From: Verrucomicrobiota bacterium
Lineage (GTDB): Bacteria; Verrucomicrobiota; Verrucomicrobiia; Limisphaerales; JAFGQR01
Direction of reading: 5' to 3'
Assembly (NCBI GenBank): GCA_016935555.1
Contig: JAFGQR010000022.1
Coordinates: 15,415-79,414 of the forward strand
Length of the DNA: 64,000 nt
Made by a program: the position numbers and the translations under genes. Under the pieces are notes generated by a model. The model was not told where the DNA came from and did no database searches. It saw only the letters and a list, made by a program, of their open reading frames with translations. This document shows, in pieces, positions 26,973-36,498 of the stretch. Positions within the stretch are counted from its first letter, which is position 1, and each line of letters starts with the position of its first letter.

Positions 26973-27856
26973 CCGGAACCCGCTGCCGCCTGCTTGCAGT
27001 CCCCGCCGCCAGACGCCGGCTTCGCCGCCGTCACGCGCCGGGCCAGGACGGGGCTGCACTTGCGAACGGCGGCCATGGCGGCCCGGGACGCCGCGCGGGA
27101 TGGCGGGTGCGGCTTGGGGTTTGGGTGGGGATGGTGGCAGCGACCCACGGGTTTGCGGCGCCGAGCGCGTTCGACGCCGCCAACCAGCTCTACTTCGAGG
27201 GCCGGTTCGCGGAGGCGGCTGCGGCGTATGAGCGGATGATTGACGCAGGCCGGGCGTCGGGGGTGGTCTGGTACAACCTTGGGAATGCCTGGTACAAAGC
27301 CGGCCAGCCCGGCCGCGCCATCGCCGCGTATTTGCGGGCGCGGGAACTGAACCCGCGCGACCCCGACCTCCGGTTCAATCTCCGTTTTGTGCGGGAGAAG
27401 GTGACCGGGAGGGACGTGCGTGCGGATCCGGCCTGGCGGCGGGTGCTGCGGGCGCTGACGCTGAACGAGTGGTCGAGGCTGTGGGCGGCGGTGTTTTGGG
27501 GTTGGTTTGTGCTGTTGATGCTGCGGGAACTGCGTCCGGCGTGGCGCAAGCCGCTGCACACCGCGAGCGCGCTGGCCGGCACGGCCACCGTTCTCCTGGC
27601 GATAGCGCTGACGGCAGCGTGGCGGCTTTCCCGGGTGCCCACCGCCGTGGTGATCCGAACCGAAGCGGTCGTTCGACAGGGCCCGTTGGAGCGATCCCCC
27701 GTGGCGTTCAAGCTGCGCGACGGATCGGAATTGGTCGTCCAGGATCAGCAGGAGATCGTCGACCAGGGGCGAACGCAACAGTGGCTGCGCATCCAGGACG
27801 CCGGCGGACGGATGGGGTGGCTGCGGCGCGACGAGGTGGTGGTGACGCAGGGGTGA
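26969..27856 (+). CDS. batE: BatE-like TPR + SH3 membrane protein
   Basis: ATGA overlap with batD. TPR (YNLGNAWYK..GRAIAAYLRA..LNPRD), two TM helices, SH3b-like tail (WLRI...GW). Confidence 0.75.
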   Translation: MTGTRCRLLAVPAARRRLRRRHAPGQDGAALANGGHGGPGRRAGWRVRLGVWVGMVAATHGFAAPSAFDAANQLYFEGRFAEAAAAYERMIDAGRASGVVWYNLGNAWYKAGQPGRAIAAYLRARELNPRDPDLRFNLRFVREKVTGRDVRADPAWRRVLRALTLNEWSRLWAAVFWGWFVLLMLRELRPAWRKPLHTASALAGTATVLLAIALTAAWRLSRVPTAVVIRTEAVVRQGPLERSPVAFKLRDGSELVVQDQQEIVDQGRTQQWLRIQDAGGRMGWLRRDEVVVTQG

Positions 27857-27861
27857 GCCCC

Positions 27862-29406
27862 TTACTTGTATTGCAGATCGATGCGGTTGCGCTGCAGCGT
27901 GGATCCTTCACGCCGGTAGAGTTCGGACAGGGCGGTGTTGTAGGCCGCCAGCGCGGCGATCTCTCCATACCGCTTCTCGGTCAGCTGACGCTGGAAGTCC
28001 AACACGAAATAACTCGTGCTCTTGCCGTTCTCCATCTTCTTGCGTTCCGCGTCCAGGGCGGCCTCGGCAAAGATGCGGGCCTCGCGAGTGGCCCCGGCCG
28101 CTTCATAGGCGGCGCGGGCGGTGTTGACGGCTTTTTCGATGCTGACGAGGATGTCCAAGTGGAGCAGGCGGAGCTGGTTCTTGAGTTGTTCCATCTGCTC
28201 CTTGCGGGCCTTGTGCCGGTTGCGTGCGTCCGTGTTGCCCAAGGGGATCGACAGCACGCCGCCGAAGGAGTAGCGGGCGTTGCGCTCCAGCTCGACGTCG
28301 GCCAGCACGTCCGCGAAGCTGCCGTCTTCGTTGTTGCCGCTCCGCCCGTAGGTGGCCACGAACTGCAGCGTGGGAAAGAGCTGGTTGTGCGCGTATTTCA
28401 CCTCCAACCCCTTCATCTCCACCTGCAACTTCGCCTGGTTGTAGTCCGGCCGCAGCGAGATCCCCATCAGCCAGCTCTCGTTCAGATTATACGCCTCGGG
28501 GATGGCCAGCAGCTTCTCCGAGGGCAGCGGCTGGACCTGGTACCAATCGCCGTAATCGTCCGCCAGCAGCCGCTTCAGGTCGTTCTCGGAATTGGCCAGG
28601 TCCAGCCGCGCCTTGATCAGGGCGGCCCGGGCGGAGGCGACGTCCGATTCGACCTGTTTTTCGTCCAGGGGCACGGCCACGCCCACCTTGACCCGCTGCC
28701 TGGTTTCGCTCAGCAACTGCTCGTTGAGCTGCAGCGAAACCTCCGCCACACGCACGTTCTCCACCGCCGCAATCAGCGCGTAATACGCCTGCTCGGTCGT
28801 CGCCACCGTCTGCAAAATCCGGTTCTCAAGCATGAATTCGGCCATCTTGAGCGCGCGCCGGTTGAGCTGGATCGTCAGCCGGCCGGCGTCCGTCCAGAAA
28901 TTCCGGAGCAAATCCTGCCGGAACGTCACGCCGGCCGCCCCCGTATAGACGTCGACCGGCATGTTCGTCGCCCCAAAACCGGCCCGGGCGCCGCGGGTGC
29001 CATAGATGTGGGAGGCGTCGGCTCCGATTTCGAGCTGGCTGCCGTAGGGGCTGCGGAAGGTCAGGAAGGTCGAGTTGAACGCGTTGTTGAACTGGCGGGC
29101 CCCGGGGATGCTGAGGTCGATGGAGGGATCGTAGGAACCTTCGCTCTTGGAGAAGGCATGGGTGACCGACGCGTTGAGGGTCGGCTCGTAGTAGGCATAC
29201 GTGCCCCGCAGGTTGTAATGGGCGATCCGCGGCTCATGCCGGGCCACCCTGATCTCGAGGTTGTGTTCCAGCGCCAGCGCAATGCATTCCATGCGGGACA
29301 GGTGCCGGACGGTCGCGTTGGTGCTGTCCGGAACCGTCAGTTGCCCCTCCACACCCAGAGCCGCCCCGGCCACGGCCAGACAATAAAATGTCGTCACGAG
29401 TCGCAT
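27862..29406 (-). CDS. TolC-family outer-membrane efflux protein
   Basis: Signal peptide, ALEHNLEI, two OEP helical repeats (AYYAL; GKSTSYFVLDFQ). Confidence 0.88.
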   Translation of the reverse strand: MRLVTTFYCLAVAGAALGVEGQLTVPDSTNATVRHLSRMECIALALEHNLEIRVARHEPRIAHYNLRGTYAYYEPTLNASVTHAFSKSEGSYDPSIDLSIPGARQFNNAFNSTFLTFRSPYGSQLEIGADASHIYGTRGARAGFGATNMPVDVYTGAAGVTFRQDLLRNFWTDAGRLTIQLNRRALKMAEFMLENRILQTVATTEQAYYALIAAVENVRVAEVSLQLNEQLLSETRQRVKVGVAVPLDEKQVESDVASARAALIKARLDLANSENDLKRLLADDYGDWYQVQPLPSEKLLAIPEAYNLNESWLMGISLRPDYNQAKLQVEMKGLEVKYAHNQLFPTLQFVATYGRSGNNEDGSFADVLADVELERNARYSFGGVLSIPLGNTDARNRHKARKEQMEQLKNQLRLLHLDILVSIEKAVNTARAAYEAAGATREARIFAEAALDAERKKMENGKSTSYFVLDFQRQLTEKRYGEIAALAAYNTALSELYRREGSTLQRNRIDLQYK

Positions 29407-29536
29407 TGGGCCCAGAGCTTGGGCGAATTCCACCGTTTCGTCAACTCGACTCGCAACGCCCCGGCCTTAGCCAGGCGGGAGCCGGCGCGTTGTCGGCTTG
29501 TCAAAGCGGCGCCAACGTGCGAAGAAGGCGCACGGC

Positions 29537-31612
29537 ATGTCGAGTGAACCCTTGACGAGACAGGCGCTGATCGAACAGGCACGCCGGTGCGACTTCTTCC
29601 AGGGGGCGCTGCGCGAATTGGCGCGTGAATTGCCGCTCGAGGACGCCGACCTGAACGCCACCATCGCAGAGGCGGTCGCTGCTCGAGACGAGCGCGCCTT
29701 TCGCAGCCTTTTCTATGCGGCGATCGGCACAGGGCGCCACGTGGACGGCCGGCATCTGGCCGAAGGCAGCGCCTTGTTCGGTGCGCCGGATCAGCTGCTG
29801 TGTGCCGCGCGGTCGTGCAGTGGCGACGTTGCGGCGGCCCTGCTGGCGGCGGTGCAGGGCGGCCGCATGGGATGCGAACGCGAAGCCTTGGCCCTGGTGG
29901 TGGCGCAACTGTGGTCCGAGGACCGCCAAGCCGCCCTCCCGCCGGGATTTCTCGCCACCGCCCGAAGCTTCGCGCGGCGCACCGCCGACAACGTGTTCGC
30001 GCAAACCAACCTCGCCGTGCTGGCCCGCCTCTCCAAGGACAAGCAGCTCCTCTGCATCCTGGACGCCCACGAGATGCCCGCCACCGGCCGCCTGGTCGAG
30101 GCCACCGAGCAGTCCTTCCGCAACTGGTTCCAAGGACCGCCATGGAAGGCCGTGCCCGAACAACGCCCCCCCGTCATGCTCTCCGGTTACACCGTCCGCC
30201 GCGCCGTGCCGCGCGTCTGGCGCAACGACCCCTGCCCGTGCGGCAGCGGCAAGAAATACAAAAAATGCTGCTTCGCAAAAGACCAGCTCCGCCTCCTGCA
30301 ATCCTCGGCCGTGGCGGGATTGACCCTGGACGAATGGCGCCACCAGCCGGAACTCGCACTGACGGCCGAGCGGCTCTCCCAGATGCGCTCCTACGAGGTG
30401 GTGAAGCTGGATCCCGCCCGGGTGTCGCCCGACCTCCACGAGCATCTCCTGGACCGGCTGCTGATCTTCAAGGAACACGACGCCATCGTCCGCTTCTTCG
30501 AAACCGTCGGCTACCACGACAGCCTCGAATTCTACTGGGATTGGGCCGTCGAAACCGCAGGCACCGACCGCGAAACCGAAATCATCCGCCGGTTGCTCGC
30601 GCTGCGCCCCGGCTTGGACCCCGCCACGCTGCCTCTCAAGGTGCGCCTCCTGCTCGCCGACACCCAGGGCGCCGCGCTTCTGGACCTGGTCGAAACCGAG
30701 GCGCGCCGGGCATTGCAAGCCGAAGACAGCCCCGACGAATTGGCTTCCATGGCCTATTCCCTCCTCGAAAGCCGCGTCCCCGCCCTCGGCGTGCTGGTCG
30801 CACGCAGCCTGCTGCCCATCGTCGGCCCTTGGGAAGGCGAATTCCTCCTCGACGCCCTGCTCCAGGCCCGCGACAAGCTCGAACTCGGCAGCGACGAACC
30901 CTTCGAGACCATCTTCCAGGAACGCTTCGCCGGGGAACCCGACGAACCCCGCGAATCCGAAGCCCTCGCCGCCGTCCGCCTCGACCTCGACGCCAAGACC
31001 AGCGAAGTCCAACGCCTCCGCGCCGAACTTAAAAACATCTACCGCGAAATGGAAAAACGCCGGCAGCGCGCCGCCGTCGCCCCCGCCGAACCCCGGCCCG
31101 CGCCGGCCGACGACGCCAGTATGGCCGACCTGCGGACGAAGGTGTCCTCGCTCCGGGGGCTCCTCAAGGAACGCCACACCGAACGCAACCAGCTCCGCCG
31201 TGAACTGCAGCTGGCTCGCGACCAACTGGCCGCCATCCCCCCGCCCGCCGCCTCCCCGGCGTCCCCACAAGACACGGACGCTCCCGAACGCGAAGACGAC
31301 CTCTTGCTGGCCGAGTCCGACTTGGGCCGGCAGCCCGTCCGCATCCCGGAGTTCTCCCCGAAATTCGCCCACGCCACAGCCGGCCTGCCGCGCTTTGCTG
31401 TCCGCGCCGCATTGGTGCTCGTGGCGCGCCTGGCTGCCGGCGAAACGTCCGCCTTTGCAGGGGTGCGCCGCCTGCGCGCCTGGCCCGACGTCTATCGGCA
31501 ACGCGTCGGCAGCGATTATCGGCTCCTGTTCCGGCTGCCCGAAGACCGGGTCGACGTCGTCGACCTGATCAACCGCCGCGACCTCGAGCGCACGCTCAAA
31601 TGCCGGCCCTGA
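29537..31612 (+). CDS. SEC-C motif protein with coiled coil and C-terminal RelE/ParE-like domain
   Basis: [17 protein letters not shown]; heptad-rich segment; C-terminal EFSPKF...[14 protein letters not shown]...[10 protein letters not shown]. Confidence 0.75.
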   Translation: MSSEPLTRQALIEQARRCDFFQGALRELARELPLEDADLNATIAEAVAARDERAFRSLFYAAIGTGRHVDGRHLAEGSALFGAPDQLLCAARSCSGDVAAALLAAVQGGRMGCEREALALVVAQLWSEDRQAALPPGFLATARSFARRTADNVFAQTNLAVLARLSKDKQLLCILDAHEMPATGRLVEATEQSFRNWFQGPPWKAVPEQRPPVMLSGYTVRRAVPRVWRNDPCPCGSGKKYKKCCFAKDQLRLLQSSAVAGLTLDEWRHQPELALTAERLSQMRSYEVVKLDPARVSPDLHEHLLDRLLIFKEHDAIVRFFETVGYHDSLEFYWDWAVETAGTDRETEIIRRLLALRPGLDPATLPLKVRLLLADTQGAALLDLVETEARRALQAEDSPDELASMAYSLLESRVPALGVLVARSLLPIVGPWEGEFLLDALLQARDKLELGSDEPFETIFQERFAGEPDEPRESEALAAVRLDLDAKTSEVQRLRAELKNIYREMEKRRQRAAVAPAEPRPAPADDASMADLRTKVSSLRGLLKERHTERNQLRRELQLARDQLAAIPPPAASPASPQDTDAPEREDDLLLAESDLGRQPVRIPEFSPKFAHATAGLPRFAVRAALVLVARLAAGETSAFAGVRRLRAWPDVYRQRVGSDYRLLFRLPEDRVDVVDLINRRDLERTLKCRP

Positions 31613-31734
31613 TCCCGCCGCCTCCCGCTGCCCTCCGGCAGCCGTGCCGCCGCCCCATGCCGACAAGCCCCTCAAACCGCCCCGTTAACAAAAACGCTTC
31701 TTCGGCAGTTTCAATGGAATCGCTCCGCTGAACA

Positions 31735-31767
31735 GAAATCCGAAACCCGAATCTCGAAATTCGAAAC
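31735..31767. repeat. Degenerate heptamer tandem repeat
   Basis: gaaatcc gaaaccc gaatctc gaaattc gaaac. Confidence 0.7.
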
Positions 31768-31865
31768 AAAAAAAAGCGCCGGTGCCCGGTCGACAAATCC
31801 GGAAAATGGCCGACAGTAAGCCCGACAGATTACCCATTGCTGGGCAACCACTCTTGAGATCAAGC

Positions 31866-32924
31866 ATGCACACTGACCCCTGTACCCCTCGGGCGGGCAA
31901 TATTCCCACCTCGCTTCGTGTCATGGGACTCGCCGCCCTCATCCTGGCCGGCCTCGGATTCGCGGCAACGGCCGCCCCAACCGCCGTCACCTGGAACGTG
32001 GACCCCGCAAGCAGCTACATCCGTCTGACCATTCCCGACCAGACCCTCGCCGTGGAGGGTGTGGGCAACGTCACGGTTCGCATGCGCGACGCCACCAGCA
32101 CCACGGAATGGACCGACGCCGGCGGACGACGCGCCGCCATCGACGGGGAGATTGTCACGCTTTACGACGACGGCCACTCCATCGCGTTCGTCGGCGGTGC
32201 TCACAACCTTTATGCCCTCGAAACCACCAGCCTCCGGCCTGACCCGGCCCAGTGGGACCCGGCCACCACCAATTACACCGGCACGGGCACCGCCCCGGCC
32301 GCCCTGGGAGGCCGGGTCCGGGCGTCGTATGTCCTTGCATTCGACGCCGCCTTCGTGGCCTTTCGCGATGTCAGGCTGGATATCACCAACGCCACAGGCG
32401 CCCCCATCGGCATCACCAGCGGGACCTTTCCCGCCGACACCACCCGCTGCGGGATCGTCACGGCGCTGGCGGACGTCGACGGGCTGGAGCTGCCGTTGGA
32501 GCTGGGGCAACCCATCCCGGACGTGCTTCACGGCAGCCTGCCCCCGGTGGTCGAGCTGAATGCCGCCGGCGGCGCCATCACCGACCTGGGCGGGCTGAGC
32601 AGGCAGTTGACCTACACCATCCACATCCCCCAACTCGCCATGGACCTGAGCGGCACCGTCGTCACCGGATCCGCCGCCGGCCTGGTCGTGGCCTCCGCAA
32701 CGCTCCCCCCGCCGCCCCCCCTCCTCACCGCCCGCAAAGCGGGGCCGGACCTGGTGCTCGCCTGGTCCACGAACGCGGCGGGGTTCTCGCTGGAATGCGC
32801 CAAGGTGCTGCCCGCGGCCACCTGGTCGCCGGCCTCCCCGGCGCCCGTGATTGTGGACGGCCACTACGTTGTCACGAACGCCATGACGCTCGACACGGTG
32901 TTCTATCGGCTGCGCTACCCGTAA
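31866..32924 (+). CDS. Secreted beta-rich protein with C-terminal W...FYRL domain
   Basis: Signal peptide (LAALILAGLGFAATA), Thr/Gly-rich body, Pro linker, ~65-aa tail ending FYRLRYP. Confidence 0.75.
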   Translation: MHTDPCTPRAGNIPTSLRVMGLAALILAGLGFAATAAPTAVTWNVDPASSYIRLTIPDQTLAVEGVGNVTVRMRDATSTTEWTDAGGRRAAIDGEIVTLYDDGHSIAFVGGAHNLYALETTSLRPDPAQWDPATTNYTGTGTAPAALGGRVRASYVLAFDAAFVAFRDVRLDITNATGAPIGITSGTFPADTTRCGIVTALADVDGLELPLELGQPIPDVLHGSLPPVVELNAAGGAITDLGGLSRQLTYTIHIPQLAMDLSGTVVTGSAAGLVVASATLPPPPPLLTARKAGPDLVLAWSTNAAGFSLECAKVLPAATWSPASPAPVIVDGHYVVTNAMTLDTVFYRLRYP

Positions 32925-33032
32925 ACGGGCGTCAACCGCCGCGCCCGCCGCGGCGGCGGGCATGGTTGTTACGCCTCAGGGAAGATGCGGAAGTCTGGGG
33001 AGGTGCTTTCTCGCGCTGGGTGAGGAGATCCG

Positions 33033-33066
33033 ACAATCCACAACCCACAGCCCACAGCCCACAGCC
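33033..33066. repeat. Heptamer tandem repeat
   Basis: acaatcc acaaccc acagccc acagccc acagcc, just past the stop of the M50 protease gene. Confidence 0.7.
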
Positions 33067-33072
33067 GGAGGT

Positions 33073-34167
33073 TCAGTTGCGGGCGGCGCCGCTGCGTTCC
33101 AGGGCGGCGTTGACCATTAGCATCTCGCTGATGTTTTCCAGGGTCAGCAGCCCCACCATGGCGCCGCCACCCATCACGGGGACCGTTGCGCATTGCTGCG
33201 CCTGCATGGATTCGACAGCCGCCCTCAGCGGGGCGTCGGCGTTCAAGGTGTCGCAGACGCGGCACATGACGTCGCGCACGGCGTCGTCGCGCCGGCCTTC
33301 GGCGAGGGCTTTGACGAGGTCGTTGCGGCGCAGGATGCCGACGGGGGCGTCGTGGTCAAGGACGGGGAAGTCCTGCTGGGAGCCGGCCAGCAGTTCCTGG
33401 ACGGCGTTGGCCACCGAGTCGGCCGCCGACAAGGTGCGGAACTGGGTCATCATGGCGTCGCGGACGCGGAAGCCGTCCAGGGCGGACTGGAACTCGACCT
33501 GGCTGGCTTCGGCCTGGGCGCCGAGGTAGACAAAGATGGCGATGAAAATGAGCCAGGGATTGTAGAGGAAGCCGACGATGCCGAAGAGGATCGCCATGAT
33601 CTGGCCGATGTTGGCGGCAATGACCGTCGCGCGGCGCCGGCCCAGCGCCGTGGCCAGCAGCGCGCGCAACACGCGCCCGCCGTCCATCGGGAACGCCGGC
33701 AGCAGATTGAAGCCCACGAGGAACACGTTCACCACCATCAGCCGCTCGAGCAGCGAGCCGCCCGTCACACTCAGTTCCCCCAGCGGCACCAGGGCGTTCC
33801 GCAGCGACAGCCAGGCAAACAACACGAGAGCAATGGCGACGTTCACCGCGGGGCCGGCGAGGGCGACCCAGAATTCCTGCATGGGTTGTTCGGGCATTTT
33901 CTCCAGGCGCGCCACGCCCCCGATGGGCAGCAGGGTGATGTCGCGGGTGCGGACGCCGTATTTGCGGGCCATCAGGGCGTGGCCCAGCTCATGGAGCAGC
34001 ACGCAGCCGAACAGCGCCAGGAAGAAGCCCACTCCGGCCAGCGCCGCCTCGAGGCGCCGGGTGTTGAGCCAGTAGACGTAGCCCAGGAACGCCAGCAGCA
34101 GCAGGAACGTGAAGTGGATGAACACGTCGATGCCAAACAGCCTGCCGATTTTCAGCGACCATTTCAT
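33073..34167 (-). CDS. Site-2 protease (M50) with CBS pair
   Basis: HELGH, LAGPAVN, FNLLPAFPMDGGRVLR and two C-terminal CBS domains. Confidence 0.95.
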   Translation of the reverse strand: MKWSLKIGRLFGIDVFIHFTFLLLLAFLGYVYWLNTRRLEAALAGVGFFLALFGCVLLHELGHALMARKYGVRTRDITLLPIGGVARLEKMPEQPMQEFWVALAGPAVNVAIALVLFAWLSLRNALVPLGELSVTGGSLLERLMVVNVFLVGFNLLPAFPMDGGRVLRALLATALGRRRATVIAANIGQIMAILFGIVGFLYNPWLIFIAIFVYLGAQAEASQVEFQSALDGFRVRDAMMTQFRTLSAADSVANAVQELLAGSQQDFPVLDHDAPVGILRRNDLVKALAEGRRDDAVRDVMCRVCDTLNADAPLRAAVESMQAQQCATVPVMGGGAMVGLLTLENISEMLMVNAALERSGAARN

Positions 34168-34185
34168 AAATTGTCCGTGTGGATT

Positions 34186-35211
34186 CTAGATTCCAGGCGC
34201 CAGCAGGGCGGGGGATGCGGGCGGCGTGCGGCCCAGCGGCCGGGCACGCGCCCCCTGGGCTTGGCGCACCACCAGCACCGGGCACGGCGCATAACGAATC
34301 ACCTGTTCCGCCGTGCTCCCCATGAACCACCGCTTCAACCCGGTCCGGCCCCGGGTGGCAATGACGATCAGGTCCGCCTTCAAACGGCGGGCGGCACGGA
34401 CGATTTGGTCATGGGGCAGGCCGGCGGCCAGTTCGATGTGGGCCGGCGTGCGGCGGTGCAGCTTGCGTTGGACCAGCGTGGCGACTTTCTTTCTGGCTTC
34501 CTCGAGCGCTGCCATGTCCAGCCGGCGCGCGTAGGCCGCCAGCCGGCGCGGCGCCGGCATCGAGAACACCACGTGAAGCACCGTGAGCGCCGACTCGAAA
34601 CGATCCGCCAACTCCCCCGCCAGCCGCACCGCCTTCGCCGACGGCCCGGAAAAATCCACCGGCGCGAGAATCCGGCGCAGATGCGGCACGTCGCCGCGCG
34701 GGTCGCGGCGGACGCCGCCGGCGCGGGCGTCGAGGCGCAGCGTGAGCACGGCGCAGGGCGCGTGGCGAACGACCTGTTCGGCGGTGCTCCCCATGAAGAC
34801 GCGTTCGACGCCGGAATAGCCGTTGGTGGGGATGACGATGAGATCCATGCGCTGCTCGCGAGCGTGCGCCGCGATCTCCAGGTGGGCCTTCCCTTGCCGC
34901 ACAGCCACGCCGGCGTCGACGCCGGGGGGCGGGAGCGTCTCCGCCAGCTTGTGCAGCCGCTTGAGGGCAGTGTCCGCCAACTGGCGGTTGCTTATCGCCA
35001 GGGGCGAGTCTTCCAGCCCGGAATAAAACGGCGCCGGTTCAACCACAAACAACAACTCCAGCTTGCCGCCCGATCGCTGCGCCAGCGCCCCGGCATACTG
35101 GATCGCCAGCTTCGAACGCGGCGAGAAATCCACCGGGACAAGAAATCGTTTCAGAGGCAGAGCGGGTTTCGCCTTGCGCGAGCCCGGCGGCTTGGAGGTT
35201 GTCGATGCCAT
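34186..35211 (-). CDS. Tandem universal stress protein
   Basis: Two USP domains (LVPVDFS...MGSTAEQVVRHAPCAVL; LAPVDFS...MGSTAEQVIRYAPCPVLVV). Start set at ATG 35211. Confidence 0.92.
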   Translation of the reverse strand: MASTTSKPPGSRKAKPALPLKRFLVPVDFSPRSKLAIQYAGALAQRSGGKLELLFVVEPAPFYSGLEDSPLAISNRQLADTALKRLHKLAETLPPPGVDAGVAVRQGKAHLEIAAHAREQRMDLIVIPTNGYSGVERVFMGSTAEQVVRHAPCAVLTLRLDARAGGVRRDPRGDVPHLRRILAPVDFSGPSAKAVRLAGELADRFESALTVLHVVFSMPAPRRLAAYARRLDMAALEEARKKVATLVQRKLHRRTPAHIELAAGLPHDQIVRAARRLKADLIVIATRGRTGLKRWFMGSTAEQVIRYAPCPVLVVRQAQGARARPLGRTPPASPALLAPGI

Positions 35212-35381
35212 AGGACTGTGTTCATTCACCGGCGGTGCGCCGTGCCCCGCGCGGCTGGACACGCGCCATGCCGCGTGCCCCCCGTCGCAGAACCCGCGGC
35301 CAGCCGACGGCGGGCCTTTGGTCGCAACGTCCGGAGACGCGTCGCAGTGTGCCGCAGGGTCCCCGGGCCCGCAAGCCTTGT

Positions 35382-36497
35382 TCAATGCGCCCGGTCAATG
35401 CCGGATGGGTACACGGTTCCGTCCGGACTGCGCGGTTCGGTTCCTTGGGCGACCCCACGGGCAAGATCCGAACCTGCCAGCCCGGACTGGCGCACCCTGA
35501 CGCACAGGAACACGCCTTCTTCGCCCGAGCTGCCTATCCAGGAGCCGCTCTGCTCGAGGTTCCAAGGGGCCAGCACCTCCCGCACCAGCGCGGGCACGTA
35601 GCGATACGAGAAAAACACACGCAGCCGATCGCCCGCCTCGAACGCAACGTCCGCCCCCTGCATCCGAACCGCCACGGGGCGCCGGAAATGAAACCCGGCT
35701 TCCACGCGCAACAGGCGCCGCGTCGATGGGCAGCGCTCGATCCCCAACCGCAGGTCGCCGTCCTCCCGTCCGATTCCCAGCTCGTCCAGGAACGTCCGCA
35801 GCCAGTCGCGTGTCAACCGGTTGTCATACTGCGGCAGAATCCGGCGAACGCCTGCCGCGTAATCAGGCCCGGGAGCAAGGTTCGCGCTCAACAAAAGCCC
35901 ATCGCCGGGACGCAGAAGCGCCACGACCCGCGGCAGGATGGCCTCGGGCTCGAAGCCGGGAAGCATGCCGAAGAACGTGACCAGGCGCGTCTGTCCCGGC
36001 GGCGACAGCCTTTCAAAATAAGCCGGCAGATCCGGGGCCGCCGCCAGGTCGCAGACCAGCGGATGGCAGTGTTTGGCAGGCACCACGTCCAACACAGTCC
36101 GACGCGCCTCGAGCACCAAGGCCACGCTCGAATCCACCGGCGAGTAATCCACAGTCGCACCCCGCCCCGCCAACACCCGCAGCAGCCGGGCGTCCTTCCC
36201 GCCATCCCCAGCCCCCAAACCCATCACGTGCACCGGTCCGGACCCGGCGTGGGCGGCGGCAGCCGCGAAGGCGCGGTCGTAGAGGGCCGCGCTTTCAGGA
36301 TCGGTGTGGGATGGGGACCACGCCCGGTGCAGGTCCAGCCAGCGCGCGGCCTGCGCGGGGCTGTCGTAGTGGACCTTGTTCGGAACAGCGCGCGCCCGGA
36401 GCGCCCCGATCAGTTCCGCCCGGAGGCGGCCGGGCGATTGGCTTTCGTGAATCACGACGCGGACATACGCGTCGTCCGGGAGCGGCTTGTTCGACAC
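35382..36497 (-). CDS. EgtD-like (histidine N-alpha-methyltransferase family) SAM methyltransferase
   Basis: VPNKVHYD, GLGAGDGGKD SAM motif, YSPVDSS, LRVFFSYRY. Confidence 0.75.
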   Translation of the reverse strand: MSNKPLPDDAYVRVVIHESQSPGRLRAELIGALRARAVPNKVHYDSPAQAARWLDLHRAWSPSHTDPESAALYDRAFAAAAAHAGSGPVHVMGLGAGDGGKDARLLRVLAGRGATVDYSPVDSSVALVLEARRTVLDVVPAKHCHPLVCDLAAAPDLPAYFERLSPPGQTRLVTFFGMLPGFEPEAILPRVVALLRPGDGLLLSANLAPGPDYAAGVRRILPQYDNRLTRDWLRTFLDELGIGREDGDLRLGIERCPSTRRLLRVEAGFHFRRPVAVRMQGADVAFEAGDRLRVFFSYRYVPALVREVLAPWNLEQSGSWIGSSGEEGVFLCVRVRQSGLAGSDLARGVAQGTEPRSPDGTVYPSGIDRAH

Positions 36498-36498
36498 G

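Noticed and set aside
25119-27856. batD-batE without batA/B/C or moxR as a novel system
   Set aside because: Split Bat loci are unremarkable; the remaining genes are probably elsewhere in the genome.
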